DNA of 64,000 nucleotides from a virus (Duplodnaviria > Heunggongvirae > Uroviricota > Caudoviricetes): positions 1 through 64,000 of IMG/VR virus record IMGVR_UViG_3300033067_001661; one strand, 5' to 3'. A program made the position numbers and the translations under genes. The number at the start of each line of letters is the position of its first letter. The first letter of the stretch is position 1. This document shows positions 7,858 through 15,489 of the stretch, piece by piece. The notes under the pieces are model-generated. The model was given only the letters and a program-made list of their open reading frames with translations, made no database searches and was not told the DNA's origin.

Positions 7858-8124
7858 TTACTGACCTACCGTAACAATCGGAAACGGGCTAGAGCAAGCA
7901 ACTATTTCTCCACTTCCCTTTTCCGTCAAAGTACCATTAGGAGTGTGAAACACAACCCTATCAACTTTTACGTTTACAACATTATTATCGTCATCTACCC
8001 CAACGATAACACCAAGAACTTCCATTTTTGCAATACCAACTGGCTGATCATTATCAGGCCAAGCCTTCACAAAATCTCCAAATCTAACTTCTTTCTTTTC
8101 AAAACCTGCATATCCATAATTCAT
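7858..8124 (-). CDS. hypothetical protein
   Basis: ORF with AGGAG RBS. Confidence 0.6.
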   Translation of the reverse strand: MNYGYAGFEKKEVRFGDFVKAWPDNDQPVGIAKMEVLGVIVGVDDDNNVVNVKVDRVVFHTPNGTLTEKGSGEIVACSSPFPIVTVGQ

Positions 8125-8187
8125 TACTATTCTCCTTATAGGGTTAATAGTAATTACAAATGAAAATCTGGCATTCCTCTTACAAAG

Positions 8188-8338
8188 TGGGGACGGTAGG
8201 ATTCGAACCTACAAAGTCTCAAAGACGCCCAGTGTACCGCTGGGTTTGCTCGCCTTCTCTCTATCGTAATAGATCAAAAATTACTATAGAGAGCGGAACT
8301 CGCTTCGCCGCGAGGGTGGCTATCCATGCCGCGTCCCC
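8188..8338 (-). ncRNA. tRNA-Tyr(GTA)-like RNA with a ~65-70 nt structured insertion in the D arm
   Basis: GGGGACG/CGTCCCC-A; CCCAG-CG GTA CA-CTGGG; variable arm GTCT/AGAC; normal T arm. Confidence 0.7.
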
Positions 8339-8360
8339 GAATAATCCGATATTAAAGCAT

Positions 8361-9170
8361 ATGACTCCAATATGGGTTCGTCAAACCAATCTACCAGGTC
8401 TAGGCGATTTTGTTAGAATCTGCCCGACAATTCTTACCCTTTCCCTAAAAGAAGGTCGTCCAATTCCAGTTTTCTTCGAAAACAAAGAAATGGAAGTTAT
8501 TTTCCAAGACTGTTCTTTTATAGAAGTTCTTCAAGAAAAACCCAAAACACCATGTTATCTTTCAACGACAGCAATACTCAATAAGAACATTAAGTATGGC
8601 GCTATCAAAAACAAATACTATGGCGTTCACTTCTCTCTTCATGGAAACGAAAACATGCTTCCATTTTCTATTGGAACCCAACTCCCATATAGAGAGAAGT
8701 TTCCTAATGCAGTAGCTGTTTTTTGCGGTATTGGAGTACCAAGACTCTATAGATACGGCAAAAACATTGGAGACGACAATCGAAGATACATTCTCAAGTC
8801 TCTCATAAAGAGAGGTTACAATCCTGTTATTCTTGGTACTGAGAGCGACCATAAGATGTTCTGGTCTAATATAGACATGACAGGATGTGTAAACATGCTT
8901 GGAAAGACAAAGCTTTTTCAAGCAGTTCGTATTTTGAATGATTGTCAGTTTTTTATCTCGAATGATACATGCCTGTATCATTTTGCTTCTGGACTACAGA
9001 AGAAAGGTCTCGTCTTTTGGAGAGAAACCTCTCACAAGATTGACGGCAACCCATTTGATAAGGACTTTATCCAACACCATCAAAGCGAGGATATAACAAC
9101 TTACAAAACAGTTGTTGACAAGTTCCTTGACAAGCAAAGTTCCCTCCCGGAATCGAACCGAGCTATCTAA
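8361..9170 (+). CDS. glycosyltransferase family 9-like (heptosyltransferase fold)
   Basis: GLGDFV...NMLGKTKL...FISNDTCLYHFA. Confidence 0.8.
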   Translation: MTPIWVRQTNLPGLGDFVRICPTILTLSLKEGRPIPVFFENKEMEVIFQDCSFIEVLQEKPKTPCYLSTTAILNKNIKYGAIKNKYYGVHFSLHGNENMLPFSIGTQLPYREKFPNAVAVFCGIGVPRLYRYGKNIGDDNRRYILKSLIKRGYNPVILGTESDHKMFWSNIDMTGCVNMLGKTKLFQAVRILNDCQFFISNDTCLYHFASGLQKKGLVFWRETSHKIDGNPFDKDFIQHHQSEDITTYKTVVDKFLDKQSSLPESNRAI

Positions 9171-9209
9171 GGTACGAACTTAGCGCATCGCCTACAATGC
9201 TTAGGGAAC
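9138..9209 (-). tRNA. tRNA-Thr(CGT)
   Basis: CTAAG-TT CGT AC-CTTAG. Confidence 0.92.
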
Positions 9210-9383
9210 ATTTTTCTTTCCGCGAATCAACTTCATCATGATTCTGTAAACTATTGGCGTTGAACTTCTCCAGGCAAAGTTAAAAGCGTCTTCAATGGAG
9301 ACAATTCTGCGAAAACGATATGTTTCGCCCTGCCAAGAACGATAAGCATGATAAAACAAAATCATGAATCGAAAAACTCTCAT
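9201..9383 (-). CDS. hypothetical protein
   Basis: 60-aa ORF ending inside the tRNA 5' end. Confidence 0.4.
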   Translation of the reverse strand: MRVFRFMILFYHAYRSWQGETYRFRRIVSIEDAFNFAWRSSTPIVYRIMMKLIRGKKNVP

Positions 9384-9419
9384 AAACAGAGTTACTGCTT
9401 ATGGAGTAAACATTCCTAC

Positions 9420-10217
9420 TTAGTTGAAGAAAAGTTCTAAATAAGCAAACAAATCCTCTACCGAAACAGTTGAGGAATCATTGCAATCAGCGCTTATATC
9501 TGAAATGAAGTAAGCGTCAAGAAAAGAAAACAAATCCTGAGGACTCACTTGACCGTCTTTGTTGAAATCACCAGAAGAAACAAAGTAACTTGCCGGAGCA
9601 ACAACAACTTCGATATCGCCTTTCCATCGAGTTTCTATTGTCCAATTTCCATCATTAGATGGACGAACATTGAAGGCTTTTATCCAAACTTCATTAGATT
9701 CTAAACCGCTCACGCTTTGAGTTGAGCCATTTGATAATCTAACAACTTGTTGACTTCGAGGAAAACGACCTATGTAATGGCGTCCGCCAGCTACAAGATC
9801 CGAAAGAGTCCAGTTCTCGATTATATCAGGGTACTGCTTTACCCACATAGGAATATCTCCTACATTGGGAAAGAAATACGAATTACCATTCCATCCAATT
9901 GTGTCGCATTGAATGGTTGGTCCATAATCGCTTGATGTTTCTATTTTTACCTGCGTATTTCTATAAGGTTGCGACGTTCTTTCAAATGGCAAACTTACAT
10001 CAACAGCAATTGGTTGATTATTGAATGTAGCAAAAAGTCTTGGAGGATCAAAATCGTAGAAACACTGATAGTTACTAATCTGTTCTGGCTGCTCCCAGCC
10101 GCCAATATAAACAAGAGCATTTCCCATTCTTGCATTCTCAATGCGAATCGTCATAACGTCCGCTTTGATTTGAGAAACAAGAGCTAACAAACCAACAATA
10201 AAACCTAAAACTTTCAT
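9420..10217 (-). CDS. secreted protein with C-terminal duplicated dockerin-like EF-hand domain
   Basis: Signal peptide; DFNKDGQVSPQDLFSFLDAYF...ADCNDSSTVSVEDLFAYLELFF. Confidence 0.8.
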   Translation of the reverse strand: MKVLGFIVGLLALVSQIKADVMTIRIENARMGNALVYIGGWEQPEQISNYQCFYDFDPPRLFATFNNQPIAVDVSLPFERTSQPYRNTQVKIETSSDYGPTIQCDTIGWNGNSYFFPNVGDIPMWVKQYPDIIENWTLSDLVAGGRHYIGRFPRSQQVVRLSNGSTQSVSGLESNEVWIKAFNVRPSNDGNWTIETRWKGDIEVVVAPASYFVSSGDFNKDGQVSPQDLFSFLDAYFISDISADCNDSSTVSVEDLFAYLELFFN

Positions 10218-10329
10218 ATTTTTCCTTTCTTAGGGTTACTACCTTAAGAACTGGAAAGTAGAAAGCTTTTCCTATCAAGAAAACAAAAAAGTTTCAAAGT
10301 TATACTAAAACAGGGGAATCGCTCGTATC

Positions 10330-10635
10330 TCAGAGTGTTGCTCTAGCCCTGTCAACCATCTCCTGATGGCCCTGCTCGGCTTCAATCCAGTTTTCGTAGC
10401 GTCTCATGCTACCGTCCATAGGACCGCCGAATACCAGAGTCTCAAAGAGAATCGGTTTATTACGATCCCCAAAGTTATGATCAAGACCAAGAAAGACTGT
10501 TGAAACCTCAACATCTTTTGCTATTTTGGTCAAAGCAACTCGTTTGGCTTCTTTGTTCTGTATAGACCAAAGGCCATTCGTTTCGTCCGGGACAGGACGA
10601 ACACCATCGAGTTTGTACCAAAACGGCTTTCTCAT
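10330..10635 (-). CDS. conserved phage hypothetical protein
   Basis: VSTVFLGLDH...LFETLVFGG motif. Confidence 0.7.
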   Translation of the reverse strand: MRKPFWYKLDGVRPVPDETNGLWSIQNKEAKRVALTKIAKDVEVSTVFLGLDHNFGDRNKPILFETLVFGGPMDGSMRRYENWIEAEQGHQEMVDRARATL

Positions 10636-10649
10636 AATCCATCCTAAAG

Positions 10650-10723
10650 TAGCGGTATCTGGAATCGAACCAGAATCTCAAGCTTATGAGGCCTGCGCCC
10701 TAAACCATTTGGACCATACCGCC
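10650..10723 (-). tRNA. tRNA-Met(CAT)
   Basis: CAGGC-CT CAT AA-GCTTG. Confidence 0.9.
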
Positions 10724-10724
10724 A

Positions 10725-11189
10725 TCAAACTTTGTGTTTCTCTCTCCAAGCGTCTAACTTGGCCTTCTGCTTCTTTCTCCTCTCCACAGCAGCTTGCGCA
10801 TTTTCAAGAGAAGAGTAACAAGAAAAGTAAGCCGTATAATGACCGTCATGAGAGAGTCTACCTGGCAACTCTATAACTCTTCCGTCTTGAAGAGTATAGC
10901 TTTCTGGCTTTCTATCGTCTGGATATCTCCATAGACATAAGCCTCCATTTCCTCTTATGAACCTTACCATGCCAGTTATGATTTTGCCGCTATCGTCCCA
11001 AGGATGATAGTGCCAAACCTGCATGCCTAGTTTTACTTCAACTCCGTCAGCAAGCTTGTAAGGCTTTTTGCGAATACATTTAATGTAGACCTCGCCATCG
11101 ACTATCATCTCATGATAGCTCTTGGCATAGCCACAACGCTGACAGGTCTTGTCATCGTCGAATCTCATTGGCTCGTCAATAGTCGGCAT
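10725..11189 (-). CDS. hypothetical protein
   Basis: 154-aa ORF coupled to the upstream gene. Confidence 0.6.
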   Translation of the reverse strand: MPTIDEPMRFDDDKTCQRCGYAKSYHEMIVDGEVYIKCIRKKPYKLADGVEVKLGMQVWHYHPWDDSGKIITGMVRFIRGNGGLCLWRYPDDRKPESYTLQDGRVIELPGRLSHDGHYTAYFSCYSSLENAQAAVERRKKQKAKLDAWREKHKV

Positions 11190-12070
11190 TAGATGATCTT
11201 ATTGAGGTATTCGTCAATCATTTCCTTACGAGCAAGACCTTCAATCAGGTAATCAGGTATGGAATCGAATCCATAATGAGCGCCAGCAAACTGTCCTGCA
11301 ATCGCTCCAGTTGTATCGGAATCATTGCCAAGGTTGACTGCTCGCAACACAGCTTGCTCGAAGTTATCCGTATCGTAGAAGGCCCACAAAGCCGATTTGA
11401 GGCTTTCTATGACATGGCCCCGACCGTCAACCTCATCCGTCAAGAAAGAGCCATTAGCGACCGCTCGGACTTCTGGAACGAGTTCTAGACTCGCTGTTTC
11501 TTCCCAAGTCGGATTCAAAACCTGTTCCTTTGACAAGCCTCTCAGCAAGCCAGACAGGATAACAGCCATATATTCGCAAGCAGAACGACAAGCAGGACTA
11601 CTATGAGTAGTAGCGCTTGATTCAACTGCAATAGTTCTCAGGTTCGGGTCTGTTGCAAACTTGATTGCAACAGGAGCGAGTCTCATGATTGAGCCATTAC
11701 CCATTGCTTCAACAAGCGGCGACTCAAGTTCGCCAGTTGCAATGTAGTTCTCCAAAGACTTTCTGGTAGTACCTCCCATGCCAAAGCATTTATTACCAGG
11801 AGTGTACTTGCCATTCTTGTACCAGTCAACGTACTTGTCTAACTGGTCTTTCTTGGAGTGACCATTTGCTAGAGAATCAGCAAGAGCCAAAGCCATGCTC
11901 GTATCGTCTGACCATTCCCCAGCAAGGGAACGACGAGCTTTTGCGTCTCGATATCCCAGAACAGGAGGAAACGTGCCTGCTTGCTTCATCTCGACTGGAA
12001 CGCCCAAAGCGTCTCCAATCGCAAGCCCATAGAAGCAGCCTTTTTGACGATTTTGCAAATCGGTAAGCAT
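11189..12070 (-). CDS. ADP-ribosylglycohydrolase (DraG/ARH family)
   Basis: GLAIGDALG...WSDDTSM...GNGSIMRLAP...GNDSDTTGAIAG. Confidence 0.93.
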   Translation of the reverse strand: MLTDLQNRQKGCFYGLAIGDALGVPVEMKQAGTFPPVLGYRDAKARRSLAGEWSDDTSMALALADSLANGHSKKDQLDKYVDWYKNGKYTPGNKCFGMGGTTRKSLENYIATGELESPLVEAMGNGSIMRLAPVAIKFATDPNLRTIAVESSATTHSSPACRSACEYMAVILSGLLRGLSKEQVLNPTWEETASLELVPEVRAVANGSFLTDEVDGRGHVIESLKSALWAFYDTDNFEQAVLRAVNLGNDSDTTGAIAGQFAGAHYGFDSIPDYLIEGLARKEMIDEYLNKII

Positions 12071-12116
12071 TGCAACAGTATAGGCGACAAAAACAGCAGA
12101 CGAAAAAACAAGTGAA

Positions 12117-12153
12117 AGCTGACGGTGGGATTCGAACCCACGACCTGTCCCGT
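12117..12153 (-). pseudogene. 3' half of a disrupted tRNA (Thr-like)
   Basis: AC-GGGAC-AGGTC-GTGGG TTCGAAT CCCAC-CGTCAGC-T directly after the endonuclease stop. Confidence 0.7.
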
Positions 12154-12156
12154 GCT

Positions 12157-12579
12157 TCACCATTCATATTCTTCTGCGAGATGAAGACCTTTAACCTGAC
12201 CGTTAGCGGGTTTTTCAAAACGAACTGTAATCGCTGTTTTATCAGCTATCATTGATGCTTCAAACCAGCAAAATTTGTCATAACGAGGGAAATATGCTAT
12301 TACTACATCTATTTCGTCTACTGAATAAGTCCAACGTCGTCCGCCCTTCTCAATAGGTTTTTTGTTATCAGCTTGCAACCGTATTGCTATAGAACCTTGT
12401 GCGTTAGATCTTTCGCCGTCACAATACTTGATTTGTGTCCTATATAGCTTTCCATTTTTGTCAAGAATCAAGTCGTAACGAGAAGCGTCACTGATAGGAC
12501 GACTGACTCCTATTCCTTTTTCTAGCGCTCTCAATATTACTTTTTGACAAGCTATATCACCTTTTTCGTTTGTATCCAT
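12157..12579 (-). CDS. PD-(D/E)xK homing-type endonuclease
   Basis: KGDIA...SRYDLIL...YRTQIK...YSVDEID. Confidence 0.85.
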   Translation of the reverse strand: MDTNEKGDIACQKVILRALEKGIGVSRPISDASRYDLILDKNGKLYRTQIKYCDGERSNAQGSIAIRLQADNKKPIEKGGRRWTYSVDEIDVVIAYFPRYDKFCWFEASMIADKTAITVRFEKPANGQVKGLHLAEEYEW

Positions 12580-12640
12580 TTATAGACCTCCTGCAAGGGT
12601 ATGCACAGGTCTATCGACAAGAAGAGTCTTTCTTCTTCAA

Positions 12641-12713
12641 AGTCATCACCCGAATTCGAATCGAGGTTTCCTTCGTACCAAGAAGGCGTAATAACCAACT
12701 ATACTATGATGAC
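12641..12713 (-). tRNA. tRNA-Thr(GGT)
   Basis: CCTTC-TT GGT AC-GAAGG. Confidence 0.9.
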
Positions 12714-12720
12714 ATTCTAA

Positions 12721-12808
12721 AGACTGGTCCGGGAGTCGAACCCGGCTGGAGTTTTTACACCCGCAAAGCGGTTAACAGCCGCTCGCTTAGCCGCTCAGCC
12801 AACCAGTC
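12721..12808 (-). tRNA. tRNA with GTT (Asn) anticodon on a long-variable-arm body
   Basis: AGCGG-CT GTT AA-CCGCT; ~21-nt variable region; U73. Confidence 0.75.
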
Positions 12809-12817
12809 ATACATTTT

Positions 12818-12846
12818 GGGCCGCCTGGCCTCTAGGCTACCAACCC
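12818..12846 (-). pseudogene. 5' fragment of a tRNA
   Basis: GGGTTGG-TA-GCCT AGAGGCC AGGC-G-GCCC, then ends. Confidence 0.55.
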
Positions 12847-12851
12847 GAAAG

Positions 12852-12926
12852 CTCCAGAGCTAGGATTCGAACCTAGATTATCCTAGTTAACAGCTAGGCG
12901 AATTACCAAAATTATTCGACCCTGGA
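12852..12926 (-). tRNA. tRNA-Asn(GTT)
   Basis: CCTAG-CT GTT AA-CTAGG; G73. Confidence 0.92.
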
Positions 12927-12932
12927 ATAAAG

Positions 12933-13011
12933 TGGTGAGAGTAGGATTTGAACCTACGACGCGCTGATTTACCTAGGTTACAGCCGCTCTACCAGACTGA
13001 GCTATCTCACC
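12933..13011 (-). tRNA. tRNA with enlarged anticodon loop, isotype undetermined
   Basis: Intact acceptor, D and T arms; GCTG-TAACCTAGGTAAAT-CAGC. Confidence 0.65.
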
Positions 13012-13014
13012 AAA

Positions 13015-13087
13015 AGCCTCCTCCCGGAATCGAACCGAGTATCTCTAAGGTACAAGCTTAGCGCATCGCCAGCAATGCTTAGGAGGC
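13015..13087 (-). tRNA. tRNA-Thr(TGT)
   Basis: CTAAG-CT TGT AC-CTTAG. Confidence 0.92.
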
Positions 13088-13090
13088 ATG

Positions 13091-13519
13091 TTATTTTTTC
13101 CTGAGAAGTTCCTCATGAACCTCTGCATGACAATTTCTACAAAGCATATCGCATTTATCGGCTTCGGTCTTCATTTTTTCAAATGACTGCACACAACCAC
13201 TACCTATTCCGAAGTCTTTCTCTTTTGGATCTCGATGATGAAATTGATAAACGCTTGGATACGCCTTGTTATATCCGCATCGTTGACATTTTCCACCTTT
13301 GTAATCAATAAGCTTGAGTTTACTTTTTCGTCTCCATTCAGAAACCTGTTCAGCATTCCTTAGCTTCTTAATTTTCTTTGGAGCATCAATATCGGCCTTG
13401 GTATTATGAGATTTCCAAGGCGAACACTCAAGACAATATTTGCGGTTACAAATATTCTTCCATTGTCCGTCCAAAAATACTCTGTTTTTGAAGGGTTTTT
13501 TACATTTTCTACATTCCAT
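13091..13519 (-). CDS. HNH endonuclease
   Basis: CQRCGY...QFHHRDP...KCDMLCRNCHAEVH; resembles 2844-3326. Confidence 0.9.
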   Translation of the reverse strand: MECRKCKKPFKNRVFLDGQWKNICNRKYCLECSPWKSHNTKADIDAPKKIKKLRNAEQVSEWRRKSKLKLIDYKGGKCQRCGYNKAYPSVYQFHHRDPKEKDFGIGSGCVQSFEKMKTEADKCDMLCRNCHAEVHEELLRKK

Positions 13520-13583
13520 ACTTTACCTCCTAAGAGGTATTTCGACAATGTAGCTTAGTTTTCTTCAATAAAGTGTAAGAAAG

Positions 13584-13654
13584 CTCCTCGACCAGGATTC
13601 GAACCTGGAAAAACAGATTAACAGTCTGTCGTGATACCGTTTCACCATCGAGGA
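13584..13654 (-). tRNA. tRNA-Asn(GTT)
   Basis: ACAGA-CT GTT AA-TCTGT. Confidence 0.92.
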
Positions 13655-13655
13655 A

Positions 13656-13682
13656 TCGCTCTACCAGTTGAGCTACTAGAGA
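13656..13682 (-). pseudogene. 5' fragment of a tRNA (Asn-like) abutting the intact tRNA-Asn
   Basis: TCTCTAG-TA-GCTC AACTGGTA GAGC-GA. Confidence 0.7.
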
Positions 13683-13689
13683 ATCAAAA

Positions 13690-13760
13690 CGACGCATACG
13701 AGAATCGAACTCGTGTCTTAGCCGTGACAAGGCTCTGATCTACCACTGACCTAATGCGCC
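13690..13760 (-). tRNA. tRNA-Asp(GTC)
   Basis: AGCC-TT GTC AC-GGCT. Confidence 0.9.
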
Positions 13761-13765
13761 ATAAA

Positions 13766-13839
13766 CGCCACCGAAGGGATTTGAACCCTCAACACCCTCG
13801 TAGACAGCGAGGTACTCTAGCCAATTGAGTTACGGCAGC
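13766..13839 (-). tRNA. tRNA-Asp(GTC)
   Basis: CCTCG-CT GTC TA-CGAGG. Confidence 0.9.
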
Positions 13840-13843
13840 AAAT

Positions 13844-13912
13844 GAACTGATATGTAGTTGATACAAGGGTGGAAACATTACAAGTGTTAACCTTATATCT
13901 ATCGACCAGTTC
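13844..13912 (-). ncRNA. Y-RNA-like module, copy 3
   Basis: GAACTGG-TCGATAG...AAGGTTAAC...CATA-TCAGTTC. Confidence 0.65.
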
Positions 13913-13916
13913 TAAG

Positions 13917-13990
13917 TGAGGGATGCGGGATTCGAACCCGCAAGACTTCTGGTTAAGAGCCAGATGCTTTACCTAATAAGCTTATCCCTC
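13917..13990 (-). tRNA. tRNA-Lys(CTT)
   Basis: TCTGG-CT CTT AA-CCAGA. Confidence 0.93.
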
Positions 13991-13995
13991 ATAAA

Positions 13996-14067
13996 TGACC
14001 CCTCAGGGAATCGAACCCTGTTCTCAAGATTAAGAGTCTCGTGCATCGCCACTTATGCTTAGGAGTC
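13996..14067 (-). tRNA. tRNA-Lys(CTT)
   Basis: CGAGA-CT CTT AA-TCTTG. Confidence 0.92.
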
Positions 14068-14073
14068 TCGTAA

Positions 14074-14173
14074 AATGGTTGTCTTAGCGCCTGCTCCGTA
14101 TGGATTCAGGATACTGCCGTATTGTAGCCTCTCAGCTTCACTCGTCAATACCGAACCTAAAGAATCAACCATT
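14074..14173 (-). ncRNA. unknown structured RNA
   Basis: Terminal AATGGTTG/CAACCATT; internal GTATTG/CAATAC and CCTG/CAGG stems. Confidence 0.5.
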
Positions 14174-14178
14174 CACAA

Positions 14179-14252
14179 TGACTTCGGTGGGAATTGAACC
14201 CACAACCGTGAGCTTAAAAGGCTCCTGCGCTACCTGGTTGCGCCACAAAGTC
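14179..14252 (-). tRNA. tRNA-Lys(TTT)
   Basis: GAGC-CT TTT AA-GCTC. Confidence 0.9.
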
Positions 14253-14258
14253 GAAAAA

Positions 14259-14747
14259 TCAAACCTGAGACCTTCTTCTTTGAAAAACTTCTTCCGAATA
14301 TCCTTCGGGCTTTCGTCCTTCCCACCAGTTAGGCCACCATTTATTTGCTTTTAACCAATCAACAAACTCTTTACAAGAGTTGAATTGACCTGGACCTTTT
14401 TCTTTGGTTTCGCTTTCATGATGAGCCGTAATCCATCCTGGATTTGAACAATCAAGATGGTAGATATCTAAACAAGCCCAAAGCTTTTGAGGATATCTTT
14501 TACCGTCTCTTTCGTACCAGCCGTACATTGTATTACCATCTCTAACGAAAAACTTACAATCGTTCAGAGGTTGGTCTAGGTTGGTCAATCCTGATACAAT
14601 GTTTTGCCAACGTTCTTTTTGACAGTCATTATGGAACCAAGAAGTCGTTCCTAAGAAAACCGTGTCTCCTCCAGATAGCCATTTCTTATTAGGAAACTCT
14701 TTACCGTCTTTGGGGAGAATTTCAGTATTACAGTATTCGCATTTCAT
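14259..14747 (-). CDS. hypothetical protein
   Basis: 162-aa ORF with AAGGA RBS. Confidence 0.65.
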   Translation of the reverse strand: MKCEYCNTEILPKDGKEFPNKKWLSGGDTVFLGTTSWFHNDCQKERWQNIVSGLTNLDQPLNDCKFFVRDGNTMYGWYERDGKRYPQKLWACLDIYHLDCSNPGWITAHHESETKEKGPGQFNSCKEFVDWLKANKWWPNWWEGRKPEGYSEEVFQRRRSQV

Positions 14748-14780
14748 AGTTGTTTCCTTTCAATGTCAGAAACACACAAG

Positions 14781-14855
14781 CACTCCCGGCAGGACTCGAA
14801 CCCGCTGCCTTCTCGTTCGAAGCGAGATGTGCAAATCCAGTTACACCTCGGGAGC
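14781..14855 (-). tRNA. tRNA-Arg(TCG)
   Basis: TCTCG-CT TCG AA-CGAGA. Confidence 0.92.
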
Positions 14856-14859
14856 AATA

Positions 14860-15010
14860 TGTAAGTAGGTTTCATATTATTGTTTCTATGAAACTCGCAG
14901 TCTAAATGGTCTGCTGCATTGAAGCTAGTAACAGCCACCTGTACACTTGAGCGCTCGCATGTACAAGCTCTTATATCCTATGTACGTTCTAATCCGTACT
15001 GCTACTTACA
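14860..15010 (-). ncRNA. unknown multi-hairpin structured RNA
   Basis: Terminal TGTAAGTAG/CTACTTACA enclosing five hairpins. Confidence 0.55.
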
Positions 15011-15013
15011 AAG

Positions 15014-15086
15014 CATCCCCAGTAGGAGTCGAACCTACAACCTTATCCTTAGGACGGATCTGCTCTTCCAATTGAGCTATGAGGAC
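15014..15086 (-). tRNA. tRNA-Arg(CCT)
   Basis: ATCC-GT CCT AA-GGAT. Confidence 0.9.
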
Positions 15087-15093
15087 ATGAAAG

Positions 15094-15166
15094 CTGCCCC
15101 AGTTGGATTCGAACCAACATTGACTTGCTTCAGAGGCAAGTGTCCTACCATTTAGACGACAGGGCA
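15094..15166 (-). tRNA. tRNA-Gln(CTG)
   Basis: CTTGC-CT CTG AA-GCAAG. Confidence 0.92.
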
Positions 15167-15171
15167 AAGAT

Positions 15172-15295
15172 GCAGCGACCTTGTATATAGGGCTTCTTCC
15201 AGCAGAAGAGTTGTCTCCCCATACTCGACCTTATCACGGGCAAATCTATAGGCTCGATTCTGGCTTCGAGGACAACCCCATAGACTCTCCGCTGC
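15172..15295 (-). ncRNA. unknown structured RNA, possible pseudoknot
   Basis: Terminal GCAGCGG/TCGCTGC; AGTCTATG/TATAGATT; GGGTTGTC/GACAACTC. Confidence 0.5.
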
Positions 15296-15300
15296 TTAAG

Positions 15301-15374
15301 CGCTCCTGGAGGGATTCGAACCCCCAACTTTCTGCTTAGAAGGCAGAATTTCTGTCCAGTTGAATTACAGGAGC
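15301..15374 (-). tRNA. tRNA-Arg(TCT)
   Basis: TCTGC-CT TCT AA-GCAGA. Confidence 0.92.
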
Positions 15375-15379
15375 ATAAG

Positions 15380-15407
15380 CGTTCCCAAGAGGAGTCGAAC
15401 CTCTAAC
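15380..15407 (-). pseudogene. 3' remnant of disrupted tRNA-Arg(ACG)
   Basis: AGAGG TTCGACT CCTCT-TGGGAAC-G; pairs with GTTCCCA at 16014-16020. Confidence 0.85.
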
Positions 15408-15415
15408 AAAACAAG

Positions 15416-15489
15416 CGCTCCTGGGAAGATTCGAACTTCCAACTCCGACATTCGTAGTGTCGGTTTCTGTCCAGTTGAATTACAGGAGC
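15416..15489 (-). tRNA. tRNA-Arg(ACG)
   Basis: CGACA-CT ACG AA-TGTCG. Confidence 0.92.
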
